Part shown: positions 1 through 10,647 of the stretch, in pieces | Layout: the number at the start of each line of letters is the position of its first letter | How positions within the stretch are numbered: the stretch's first letter is position 1 | Origin: Epithemia pelagica | Taxonomy: Eukaryota; Protista; Bacillariophyta | Length of the DNA stretch: 64,000 nt | NCBI GenBank assembly: GCA_946965045.2 | Contig: OX337236.1 | Span: 3,472,001 to 3,536,000 of the forward strand | Reading direction: 5' to 3' | Program-made: the position numbers and the translations under genes | The notes under the pieces: generated by a model | Databases searched by the model: none | Told to the model about the DNA's origin: nothing | What the model saw: the letters and a program-made list of their open reading frames with translations, nothing else

Positions 1-427
1 TCATTCTAATATGGTGCTTTCCAATGCACGAAGTTCTTGTGCAGTGGTTACCGTGGGATCCTGTTTGGTAGTGGCCGGAGGACTAAGCAATTCAACCGTG
101 GACGTCTTGGATACGCACCGCAACCGTGTGTGGAATCTCCCACCATTCGGAAATCGCCGCGATCACTTCAGTATGGCGATTGTTGCCAATCATGTTGCCG
201 TGATAAGTGGTTTTGGCAGTTCTGCCTGTGCGACATTACCACTACTGGACAAGCATACGTGGTGTTTTCGACGACTCTTTGAGCATCAGATCGACAGATG
301 TTGTCTATTTCGGGAAGGAAGGAATATCCAACTTGCTGATAATTCACCCTTCTCCGCCTCGACATCAGCTCATAAACGAGCAAGGCCCGATACACGCCGT
401 GGTGATGAAGGAAAGGATGAAACTTGA
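1..427 (+). CDS. Kelch-repeat protein, copy 1 (3' part only; 5' end outside window)
   Basis: Blades 5-6 (GSCLVVAGG, NHVAVISG) and KRARP tail match the other array copies. Confidence 0.85.
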   Translation, partial: HSNMVLSNARSSCAVVTVGSCLVVAGGLSNSTVDVLDTHRNRVWNLPPFGNRRDHFSMAIVANHVAVISGFGSSACATLPLLDKHTWCFRRLFEHQIDRCCLFREGRNIQLADNSPFSASTSAHKRARPDTRRGDEGKDET

Positions 428-3108
428 AATTTGCAACGTATTGCATGTATGTCCTAACAATAGCGGAACTGTAGCATTATCATTTTACTCTCAAACAGTT
501 GGTGTACTGTATTCTTCATGGCATTGCGACCTCTTGAGATATCACATACACCTTTGTACTAGTAGAAAACGAAGGTTACACCATCCGGCATGACACCGCA
601 AACAGGAGTGGAACCAGGCCTCGGGTAGATGTCCATGGTACCATGCCTCTCTGAAGTTAACTAGGTCGACTTATCATGCTGTGGAAAATTATGGTTGCGT
701 GCCTGCAACACTTGGCGCAGCGACTCGTTTGGACGGTCGACCATGCGTTCAATTGTGGAGTCCGGGCTTTCTATGGCTAACGCCTACGTGAGAGGACAGT
801 ACCCCGTCTCTCGATGCTTGTGGTTTCGGGTGAGAGAACCCTTTGGAATTTTTGCCACCGAAGTGTTCGATATTTCCTCCACTACAGCAACTAGTCTTTG
901 TGAAGTCTTTATGATGAGGTCAGCAATTTGCTTGCGTCAATCCAGCAATCAGTCTCTCCGTAGTGGCTCGTTGACAGCCCATTGGTATCGGTCCATGGAT
1001 ATCAACAAGAACAATCGCAGTGCGCAAAGTTATGTCTCGCCCCTCAATGCCAGTTCCGCCGAAACCTTGTTGCACGATTGCAACACTGTCGAACAGCATT
1101 AGTGTTGGACATTGCCCACTACAACCTTTGTGCCTCGTACAGTACCAACAACAAAACCACGACCACGAATGGCGCCGATCATGTCTTGGCTGTAGTCTAC
1201 TAGAACTTGTTTTGTTGTTGTTCTTCTTCTTCGTTGGATTCTGGTTGGTGTTGCTGCCTTGTCGTTCCACATCAACACCCAGCTTGAATCTTCGTATGCA
1301 GGCTTGAAGGGGCGATGCCACCCTTTCCCATGATCAATTCTTCACTACTCCAATCGGACGCGTCGGGAGGGAGTTGAATAGCGTTCCATACTTCAATCCA
1401 TAGTACTGCGCTCCTCGTCACCGGCGCAACTACCTCCAATGGGGCGACTTTGTGATCGATTCAGCAGGTCCTCATGGTGTCATGTCGAGAAAGGGTCCTC
1501 AATAATTGGCGACCAGACTGCCATGCAGTGCCACAACACAAAACACAAAGGGATTTGCGTGGTCTTGTTGTTGATTCTCGTTCCACGAAAGACATGTGGA
1601 TGAGGAAGCATACCATCGCCCTAGTGCTATTCTTTTTGTTGTTCTGTTCTTTGCTGCACTTCGAAAGCCAAGGTACGATTTCTAGCTTGTTGCGATGAAA
1701 GTTGTCGTTGAGTATGTTCATCTTGCTAGAGTCTTCTTTAGAGTCTTTCTCCACGGGAGACATGAGAGCAAATCATAGCAGAAAACGCTGCCAGAAGGCG
1801 CGAAAAGGTCAATCTCCGAAACCAAAGACGGCGACGACGGCGACAGACACATTGTTGTGCTGATGGTATCTTTTTTCGTTCGTTTCAATGGATATTCCCC
1901 CAAACTGTGATGTGGAGTCCCCCTCCCCCAAAATCTGGAGTCTCTTCCAAATCTTGGTCGCGGAATGAGGACAGGAATGGCTCGCAGGCGCGCCGACCAA
2001 GACGAACCCTGTCACTCTATCTCACAGGCGCGCCGACCGAGACGAGCAGTTCCACTCTTTCCTCTATTCGAAAAAGGAGAGGACAATTGACAATTGCTCT
2101 CGTCGCCAAGACGACCACTCTACAATAGAACCTACTGCCATACTCCATGGGAAACCATGGAATCGTTCGTTACGAGCAATTTATGAGACTTTGCCAGTGA
2201 CGAGGCATGTACGTCTCTTCTTCCTTTTCTTGGTGAAAGACTACGAAGATTGTCGCAAGGAAAAATACCAACCATATAAAGGCGCTTTGAATGAAATGGA
2301 ACAAGGGAGAACAACATCGACCATTCCACAAAAGCGGTAGCACCGAGGATGCAGAAGCGTTGACGATGCGTCATTCCTCATCCACAAAACTCCCTCTGCA
2401 AGCTTGTCTGCCTCCCCAAGACCCCACATTGATGCTGGTGGTGTACAATCGTTGTTGGTGAGACTCTCTCGATCAACCAAGTGGTCCCTCCAGTTTGTCT
2501 TCTTCGCAACAAAATCCTAACGCTACATGAGCAACAAGAAAAGAAACCGAGCGATCCACCATGGACCAATGCAAACAGGGTGATATCGAGTACTCTTCTG
2601 ATTTACCGCATTCATCCTCAAAAAGATCAGCAATGATTGGTACATGGGATCTCGTGTTTCGTGTAAACAACATCACCATCCCATGGGTCCCTCTGTAAGA
2701 AGAGAAGTTGTGGTTATTGAAAGCAGAGGCTCGACAAGTAGGATTGCAAAGAGATCCTCTCGTCATGAGCGCCCACGAAGAACGAAAAACCTATGGATAT
2801 GAGAAAGAACTGGATAGGAGCCATACATATCAGTGGTCGTCTGTCTCGCCATGAGGTTTCTTTCGGTATCCAAAAACTTTTATGGAACTCGAAACAAGAA
2901 TGCGTGATCATCTTCATTGCGTGGCTACGGTCACGATTTGTCTCGTGACGAAAGCTCCTACCCCTCTTTGGTCCATCCATTTCGTCAAGTCAGTAGTGCT
3001 TCCAGTCCGCACCCATCAGAATCACAGGAGCAGAGCAAACCCTCTAACCACTAACACAATACAGTGTCGCGGTCCTCATAAATTTGCTGCTATTAATATT
3101 TTGGAGCA

Positions 3109-4344
3109 ATGAGCACGACACTGAAAGAACAAGCATGGCAGTCGGGCCTTTTCTTATCGAAAGAGACAGCACAATGGAATGAAAATGATTGGCCTCCTCT
3201 CGAGGGTGGATGGCGCGACGAACATGCTACAGTCGTACTAGATCATCCCGATACGGACAACGACAACGACAACAACAACAAGAGACAAACCGTCGTCGTG
3301 TTGGGTGGATATCAAGCAGGTCAGGGCAGTCTCGATTCCATTCTTGTATTGAACGTGGCAGCGCCGGACAAGAACTGGCAAGAAGGGCCATCAATGAACA
3401 AGAGTCGTCGAGGACATGCCGCTGTTGGGTGCAACGGAGGCGTCTATGTGATAGGAGGAAACAATGGAAGATCACATTTAGATTGTATCGAACGAATTGA
3501 CATAAAGAATTTGCTGCATTCACCTTTAACAACAAGCAACAAACGTGAGAGGCATTGGACGAGATTGACATGTTGCTTATCAACGAGACGATCGGGATGT
3601 TGTGCTGTTGCGGTTCACAACCGATACATTGTTGTAATGGGTGGATGGGATGGAAGGCAAAGGTTGTCGTCAGTGGATATTATTGATACCAGGAACCACA
3701 CCGTCACTGTGGGACCAAGCATGACTGTTCCACGACGATTTTGTACCAGCGCGGTTATTGGTCACCGCATCTTTGTCGTTGGAAGCCATGGTGAGCATGG
3801 CAATGTTGACTCGGTGGAGTACTTGGACTATGCAACACCCTGGGACAATCATGAGACAAAGGAGCAGACTGGCTCGACATTCATTTCTTTCTCACCCACC
3901 TGGACCACTCAGTCGGAGTTGAGGCTTTCCAATGCACGAAGTTGTTATGCAATGGTTGCCGTGGGATCTTGTCTAGTGGTGACTGGAGGATACGAATCAT
4001 CCGTGGAGGTCTTGGATACGCATCACAACTGCATGTGGAATCTCCCACCATTCGGAAATCACCGTGTTGGCTGCAATATGGTGACTGTTTCCAATCAAGT
4101 TGCCGTGATTGGTGGATGGGGCAATCCTTCCTGTGCGACATTACCACTACTGGATAGGAATTCGTGGTGTTTTCGTCGACTCTGTGAGCAGCAGCCCAAT
4201 CGATGGTATCATTCTCTTGAAAGTTTGGGTATCCGAGATGATGATATCTCACCCTTCTCCACATCGACATTAGCTTGTAAACGCGCAAGGTCCGATACTC
4301 ACCGTGGTGATGATGGGACGGATGAAAACCTAGACGTTTTGTAA
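3109..4344 (+). CDS. Kelch-repeat beta-propeller protein, copy 2 (411 aa)
   Basis: Six Kelch blades (VVLGG...W.EGP.M..R, VYVIGG, IVVMGG, IFVVG, LVVTGG, VAVIGG); leader MSTTLKEQAWQSG; intronless ORF. Confidence 0.93.
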   Translation: MSTTLKEQAWQSGLFLSKETAQWNENDWPPLEGGWRDEHATVVLDHPDTDNDNDNNNKRQTVVVLGGYQAGQGSLDSILVLNVAAPDKNWQEGPSMNKSRRGHAAVGCNGGVYVIGGNNGRSHLDCIERIDIKNLLHSPLTTSNKRERHWTRLTCCLSTRRSGCCAVAVHNRYIVVMGGWDGRQRLSSVDIIDTRNHTVTVGPSMTVPRRFCTSAVIGHRIFVVGSHGEHGNVDSVEYLDYATPWDNHETKEQTGSTFISFSPTWTTQSELRLSNARSCYAMVAVGSCLVVTGGYESSVEVLDTHHNCMWNLPPFGNHRVGCNMVTVSNQVAVIGGWGNPSCATLPLLDRNSWCFRRLCEQQPNRWYHSLESLGIRDDDISPFSTSTLACKRARSDTHRGDDGTDENLDVL

Positions 4345-5564
4345 TAAGTCATTGACTTGTTTTCTATGTTCGATTGCAATCCTAGAACCTAGTTAGTGTT
4401 TACTCAAAAGTAGAAAGAACATGTTGCAAGATAGAATGTGCTTGTTTGTTGTCAAAGGCATGGAAGGAACGATCCGACTTGTGTGTGTCTACGAGTGGTA
4501 CTACGCCTTGGCCATGACCTTGTGGTGGTATCATGGCACTTCTTTACACGGCACAACGTCATCGATTGGTAACTGTGGTAGCTAGGGCAAGAACCGACTG
4601 TGCTATATTCCAAAAAAGTTCTCAAATTGGCTTTGTTTCAATTTTCTTGAGTTTGATGAATCCGACAAAAATACGAAACAGGTGGATCCAAAAGTCCGAT
4701 GATGAGAGGATCAGGAGCAGAAGCACGACAAGGCAACACTTTGTTGGACTGGATGAGGCCCGCTTCTGATGGTTCGAGTTTTGGATGGAAGTAAGGAGGG
4801 AGGACCGTGTCATGTCCAATCCCGACACGATAACCAAGAACAGTGTCCCTTTCGGAGGAGTCACCATGCGACCGAATGTGTTCGATTCTTCACCATCAAG
4901 TTTCCTGCTTCCATGGTGGATCGGCGGAACCCTACGTCCAGAGACGTATACCGCAACCTTTTTTGCAAGACCCTCTTGGCTACGATCGAACAGCCCACGT
5001 TGTCTCCTGCGAATGGAATTTCGTCTCGTCAGGAGGACAGTTGCAACAAGGACAGTGAAGTCCAAGATGAACCCACCAAATCGGATCGGTCGTGCCAGTT
5101 GTCACAATGGACCAGCACGACTACAAGGAATCGAGTCTTGTCGTTGCCACACCACAACCTCCCGAACTACCAACGCAGCAACAAAGAAGAAGGCCCTCAT
5201 TGTTTTTCCTCCAAATGAACGAAACTGATGGTATCATTGTCGTGGAACCAACTGTGTTGAACTCCGTCTTGGAAGTTGGACTTTGTGGGCACTTTCGTGC
5301 CATGGACGACGACGAGTCAGGAAACATCCACCACCACTATTTCCTGTTGCAGCATGGCTCGTTCGATCGATCATGCCTGGAAACAAGCTCCTCCTCATCG
5401 CGATGTCGTGCCCCTCAATGCCAGATCCGCCGAAACCTTCTTGCACGATTACAACACTGTCGCACAAGAGTACTCTACCTCCACTTTTTGCCTCGCACTG
5501 ACCTATTCATCATACAAAAGGACATCTTCATCATCACAAATAATGCTGTCGCTCTCTCTCTCGT

Positions 5565-5801
5565 TGTGAGTAGTGGAAAAGAAGGGCGGTCTCTTTCCCA
5601 TTGAGCAATCCGTAAAAGGATACTTATTCTGATAATCACTATTATGTTAGTCCTAAATTCTCACTAAATTCACTTGGATCTTTTCTTCAATATCTTTTGG
5701 ATGAGTCATTCCATCCACTCGTTCACATCTACGTCGCTCATCATTCGTGATTGATGAGTCTTGTTGCCAGGTATAAGCTTGCTACCCCAGCTATACTCGC
5801 A
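5565..5801 (-). repeat. 3' LTR of copia element
   Basis: Direct repeat of 12493-12729; preceded on the minus strand by the purine tract GAGAGGGAG. Confidence 0.97.
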
Positions 5802-5815
5802 CTCCCTCTCAAGCG
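5802..5815 (-). other. Polypurine tract of copia element
   Basis: Minus strand CGCTTGAGAGGGAG abuts the TG start of the 3' LTR. Confidence 0.8.
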
Positions 5816-5826
5816 CAATATCTTGG

Positions 5827-7701
5827 CTACCATCCACACAGTAGCTTCCGAATTGTTTCAAATGTATCTTTCGTCAGACCCTTTGTCATGATGTCTGCAC
5901 GTTGTTTCGATGTCTCGATCTTTTCAACCGTGACTCGATTCGGCTTTAAGTGCGATCGAAACCAGTGCATTCGTATCGCATAGAACTTTGATCTTGGTGT
6001 AAACCTGCCCGGCTCCATATTCGCGAGCGTCAGGGCACCATTGTAATCTTCCCACACTGTGGTTCTGAATTTCGTGCTCTGATCTTCTGTCATGCCGACA
6101 CCTCGTGCCACAGTTTTCAGAAGTTCCAGAAGAGGCAACACAGATTTCATCGCCACACTGAGCGCTGAGTATTCCGCCTCCATTGTTGATGTTGCAATAT
6201 CCGATTGCAACTTGCTTTGCCAGATGACTGGACAGTTTGCGATGCAAATGGCAAACCCAGTTCGGCTTTTGACACATGACGGATCCATCTTGTCCTCATG
6301 TGGCCACAGACCCGCGAAGTCTGCATCAACGTAACAATCAACGTTGAGATTGTCGTAAGTTGGACGGAGAATGAGCCCTTTCTCCATTGTCCCTTTCAAG
6401 TATTGTCCGATCCTTTCTAACGCCTCTTCGTGTGTTGTCTTAGGATCATGGGTGTATCGTGCACACTGACTGACGGCATATGTGATGTCGGGTCTTGAAT
6501 GTGCTTGCAAGTATTGCAGCATTCCAATGACACTTGGATAGCTGAATTTGCACTGTGCTGGAGTCCCATTTTTGTTTGCCACCAGAGGATCCTTCGATGC
6601 TGGTGTCCGTTTCATGGGTTTGTCTCCGATGTAAAGAGCCTCTACAATTCGCTTGATAAGGCCCTTCTGCGTCAACGTGATAGTACCATCACTATCGTTG
6701 CGTTCAATGTGTACGCCGAGAAATCCGGCTACACTGTCTTCGATCTCGAGTGTCACGTTCTGTTGATTCTGGAGTTTCCCAAGAAACTCATCAATCCACT
6801 CGCGTTTGGGGCTGTAAATCAATGTGTCGTCCACATAGACCAGCACGATGATTTTTTCGGACATGAACAGGCACGGATCGATGTGTTCCTGCGACTTGAG
6901 TCCGACTTGTTCCAATTTGCTTTTCAGATGAAGGAAGAAGTTGCGTGGTGCCTGCTTTAGGCCATACAACGATCGAGTAAGTTTCAAGACTTTCCCTGGT
7001 TGTGCAAACCCTCTCGGCATCTCAACATACACGCCACTTTTCTTTTGTTCTTCTTCTGTCATCTTGTTCCAATTGGGATCCTTGTCAATCGGCGCATGTA
7101 CAAATGCTGCCGTGTAATCAACCTGTACCGTGGACAGATTCAAAATGATGGAAAGAATCATCATCAGGCGCACAGTCGTCCAATTCACAACGGGTGCAAA
7201 CGTGTCGAAGAAATCGACTCCTTCGACTTGTTTGTCCCCCCGTGCACAAAACCGTGCTTTCAATTTGCGTACGGATCCATCGGGATACCGTTTGCACTTG
7301 AACGCCCACGTGCCAGGTAAGACATTCATCCATGTCTCTCTTGCCACGACTTCCCATGCTTTCATCTTCTCATGAAGCGTGTTGTATTCTTTCTTGCAAG
7401 CCTCCCAGTACCCGTCTTTGTCGGGACCGTTCATGGCTTGTTCCCATGAGGGATTGTCTGCAGCGTCGGCCTTGGTTGCCAATGCCATAGGATGCATCTC
7501 TTCAATCCAGCGTGTGTCCGGATCCGTATGACGATCCAGCCACAGGTCCATTGCCAATAGGTCTTTGGATTTGGACGCGATTGCGCTGGTCAGAGTGTCC
7601 CAGGTAAGGGATTGGAGGAACTGTGCATTCAACAGCTCTTGTCTCACTTTTTGCTTTGGCCTTGTTGACCCACGAGGAAAGTAAGCAGTCGATGCCCACA
7701 A
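5827..7701 (-). CDS. pol: Copia reverse transcriptase + RNase H (in frame with upstream INT ORF after a single TGA)
   Basis: RT motifs KARFCARG, QVDYTAAF, LYGLKQAPR, YVDD; RNase H motifs YVDADFAG, STMEAEY, ADIMTK. Confidence 0.95.
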   Translation of the reverse strand: MWASTAYFPRGSTRPKQKVRQELLNAQFLQSLTWDTLTSAIASKSKDLLAMDLWLDRHTDPDTRWIEEMHPMALATKADAADNPSWEQAMNGPDKDGYWEACKKEYNTLHEKMKAWEVVARETWMNVLPGTWAFKCKRYPDGSVRKLKARFCARGDKQVEGVDFFDTFAPVVNWTTVRLMMILSIILNLSTVQVDYTAAFVHAPIDKDPNWNKMTEEEQKKSGVYVEMPRGFAQPGKVLKLTRSLYGLKQAPRNFFLHLKSKLEQVGLKSQEHIDPCLFMSEKIIVLVYVDDTLIYSPKREWIDEFLGKLQNQQNVTLEIEDSVAGFLGVHIERNDSDGTITLTQKGLIKRIVEALYIGDKPMKRTPASKDPLVANKNGTPAQCKFSYPSVIGMLQYLQAHSRPDITYAVSQCARYTHDPKTTHEEALERIGQYLKGTMEKGLILRPTYDNLNVDCYVDADFAGLWPHEDKMDPSCVKSRTGFAICIANCPVIWQSKLQSDIATSTMEAEYSALSVAMKSVLPLLELLKTVARGVGMTEDQSTKFRTTVWEDYNGALTLANMEPGRFTPRSKFYAIRMHWFRSHLKPNRVTVEKIETSKQRADIMTKGLTKDTFETIRKLLCGW

Positions 7702-10632
7702 TCACTCATCGAACAAGTGACGATTGGGACGACGTTCTCTTTTGCCTCTCCCATGTGATTCTGGATCGGGTTCGGCAAAATGCCTATTACGGCGTTCAAT
7801 CTCTTCTTGTCTTGTCATGCTGTCATCGTCTGAGTCGTCTTCAAAAACGATCTCATGTTCTTCTTCGTCGGCTTCTCCCTCTGGAGGCAACAATTCACCA
7901 TTTGGAGCTCCCTCTGGAGGCAACAATCCACCTGTTTGATCTTGACTTGGCAATTCACCGGGTTCTGCAGGTGGTTCTGGTCCTTGCCCTCGCGCTGTTG
8001 GCTGTTCCAGTGGAGGTTGGAATCGAACATGGTTCCTTGTAGCTCGGCCTCTCCCCCCGTCAACAGACGTTGGAACAGGAACAATGGGTAAAGGTGGAGT
8101 GGGCAAGGGACGAGGAGGACGTGACTGACGTCGGGCATGCCGTTCCGCAATCTCGGAATCGGTCATCCACTCGTCTCCAAGCTCCAAATTACCATCATCA
8201 TCATCTTCGTCAGGCAGGTTAGATTCAGTGCCCGCCGCTAGCAGGCGTTGCCAAAAGTCACCGTTCAAATTTGGCTCATCTAAGAGCCCGCCAGAATTGG
8301 CATTAGGGACCGCAGAAAATAAATCATCGTAGACCACATGATACTGTGAGCTGATGAATCCCAAACGAAGATTGAGTATACGACCAACAGTAGTAGAATG
8401 GTCGGGCGAAATCCCAAGAAACTGACCACGTCGTGCCTTGGCTTGCCATTTAGGCAACTTCTTTCCGTCTTGAAGCTTGGGGTCCAGGACATACACAGGA
8501 CATCCCCATACGTGACTCCGCTGAAGGTGGTGAAAATCGAAGAATGTGATGCCAGAGAAGATTTCGAGTGGAGCGATGTTCGTCCGGCGATTCGGAAGGT
8601 GGTTCCAGAGCCAGACGGCGTGCTCAACGGCAAAGGGCCAAAGATGCAAATGCATTTGCTCGGGCCAGTGAATGGTCGCGTGTAGTAACATAGTACGGGC
8701 CCAAGACATCGTGGTCTTTACTGCCCTTTCCGCGACTCCATTCTGGTGATGTGCCCCAACGCCTGAGAAGCTGATACGTTGACCACTTCCGTGTACATGG
8801 TTCAGAAATTCTTCTCGGCCAAACGGAGCATTATCGGCGCGGTACTCTCGTATCTTGACACCATATTCATCCGCGAACCGCTCAAACTTCTTCTTTGAAC
8901 TAATCGTCTCACCAACTCTAAGGGACACTTGGTTCGCCAAGAAGATCATGCCAGAGGCATGATCGACAAACAGAGTTCCCCCTCTATACTGTTCTTCGGT
9001 CCTCCCCTTTCCATACGTGTGAGGAAGACGGCCACGAATCGTTGATTCGTATTGATCAATCGAAACACAATCTCCTGGTTGAAGGTGCTCCCTCTTGAGC
9101 ATACTGTCTTTCCCATCCACCAATCCACCGTGATTTGAATGAGGCGTCCGGCGATGTTGCTTCCCAAGCATACAAGCTGCGCACAAAGGTATGACGCAAC
9201 TTGTTGTCTTCGCTTCTTTTGTCTCCAGCACTAACCGTCGACTGTTTGCTTTTGGGTCTCGACAGAGCGTCTGAATCCATTGCATGTTGGCATGGCCAAG
9301 CTTCCAGTGCCACAGCAAGAGCTCCCTTTGCGATACCGTCAAGTTCTGGTTAGTTTCGTCGGCCACATTCATCAAGCCACTGTGTTTTGCCGTGGACAAG
9401 GCCGACTTGACGGAATATCCATCACCCAGCATCGTTGCATCTTCGAAGGTAAGTCCCATTTGATTCACATTCCCTGTGAGCATAAAGGGAAGATTACTAC
9501 CGGAGTTATATGGAAATTCTATCCATGTCCCATCCGGGATTTGCAACTGCGTTTTCTTGTGGTCGAGTACCAGTTTTCCAGCTTGCTGTTCTTGGAAGAA
9601 CGTTTGCGGGCTGAACAATCGAATCGAGGCTTCTGGTACGTAGTATGCTTTCGTCTTGATCGTTCGAGCTACCCCCATCACATCTCTAACCATCCATTGG
9701 ACCGTGCCAAAACCTCGGACTGCTGTTGTTCCAGACAATCCATTCAACGATGAGATTTCAGCCGGTTGAATTGGTCCGACGAAGTCTTGAAGATTTGGCG
9801 TCAACGATTTGGATGCTCCAGAATCGATCACAATGGGAAGCACATCTTGTTCTCGTTGACTCATGTACACCGTCATGCGACGTGACAATTCGCCAATAGT
9901 CTCACTATTCAAACCAGAACAATCGACCTGGTTCAACGGGACAGTGACGGCCTGAAAACTTTTCAGTTGTCCAAAATTGGCTGCTGCAACCATGCTTTGT
10001 CGCAACATCAGTTTCCAAGGAGTCTTTCGTCTTGTAAGGTCAGCTCCAAGCCACGCCCCATGACTCAACAATTTGATTGTCTGCCACTGACGAACTGGAT
10101 CGACTTGTGGTAGCAAGGAATCGTCCTTCAGGGCCAAACTCCAAAGCGACAATCCACCAAAGATTTGGTCTCGAGGAGTCTTCGTCATGTCGTTTGTCGC
10201 TCCCTCTGGAGACGACGTTCTCGGGTTGGTCCAGTTGTCCCAGTCGTCCGTGTTGTACCAAAGACAAGGACGGTTGTTTCGCCAGATCACACGATGGACT
10301 CGACGTCTTGCTTTCATTTTGAGGCCATAGGAACGTACCGATTGTCTCAAACGAGGTTTCGGTGGTCTTGGTGGAGTGCTCACAGCATGAGCAGCTGTGG
10401 CTCCGGACTTGGAGTCTTGCTCGACCAAGCTCATGGCACAACAAATGCCTGTGAACAAGGCGAGATACAGTAGAAATAGCCACGGCAGATAAAGCCAAAA
10501 TAGGTCCCCCATCCCCCTCATGAGCGCACAGTCGAGTAAGGATGAGAAGATAGAGGTCGCCCAGGTTTCCCTCCTGGGACCATAGCGACGATAGGGTCGG
10601 CCTACACCAGATGGACCGTCCAAAGACGCCAC
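7702..10632 (-). CDS. pol: Copia protease + integrase ORF with a long N-terminal extension
   Basis: Protease IVIDSGAS; HHCC (WHWKLGH...CAAC); integrase core SIDQ, RADN, QNGVAER; GKKLPKW; ends at TGA 7704-7702. Confidence 0.93.
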   Translation of the reverse strand: MASLDGPSGVGRPYRRYGPRRETWATSIFSSLLDCALMRGMGDLFWLYLPWLFLLYLALFTGICCAMSLVEQDSKSGATAAHAVSTPPRPPKPRLRQSVRSYGLKMKARRRVHRVIWRNNRPCLWYNTDDWDNWTNPRTSSPEGATNDMTKTPRDQIFGGLSLWSLALKDDSLLPQVDPVRQWQTIKLLSHGAWLGADLTRRKTPWKLMLRQSMVAAANFGQLKSFQAVTVPLNQVDCSGLNSETIGELSRRMTVYMSQREQDVLPIVIDSGASKSLTPNLQDFVGPIQPAEISSLNGLSGTTAVRGFGTVQWMVRDVMGVARTIKTKAYYVPEASIRLFSPQTFFQEQQAGKLVLDHKKTQLQIPDGTWIEFPYNSGSNLPFMLTGNVNQMGLTFEDATMLGDGYSVKSALSTAKHSGLMNVADETNQNLTVSQRELLLWHWKLGHANMQWIQTLCRDPKANSRRLVLETKEAKTTSCVIPLCAACMLGKQHRRTPHSNHGGLVDGKDSMLKREHLQPGDCVSIDQYESTIRGRLPHTYGKGRTEEQYRGGTLFVDHASGMIFLANQVSLRVGETISSKKKFERFADEYGVKIREYRADNAPFGREEFLNHVHGSGQRISFSGVGAHHQNGVAERAVKTTMSWARTMLLHATIHWPEQMHLHLWPFAVEHAVWLWNHLPNRRTNIAPLEIFSGITFFDFHHLQRSHVWGCPVYVLDPKLQDGKKLPKWQAKARRGQFLGISPDHSTTVGRILNLRLGFISSQYHVVYDDLFSAVPNANSGGLLDEPNLNGDFWQRLLAAGTESNLPDEDDDDGNLELGDEWMTDSEIAERHARRQSRPPRPLPTPPLPIVPVPTSVDGGRGRATRNHVRFQPPLEQPTARGQGPEPPAEPGELPSQDQTGGLLPPEGAPNGELLPPEGEADEEEHEIVFEDDSDDDSMTRQEEIERRNRHFAEPDPESHGRGKRERRPNRHLFDE

Positions 10633-10647
10633 CCAGCGGCCACCCTA

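Noticed and set aside
4380-4400. Helitron-mediated amplification of the Kelch unit (CTAG motifs in 3' flanks)
   Set aside because: No consistent GC hairpin 10-15 nt before a CTRR end, no 5' TC/AT target pattern, and no Rep/helicase.
7702-7704. Alternative genetic code (TGA = Trp) to explain the retroelement stops
   Set aside because: TGG is used freely for Trp, and several host and element ORFs terminate at TGA.
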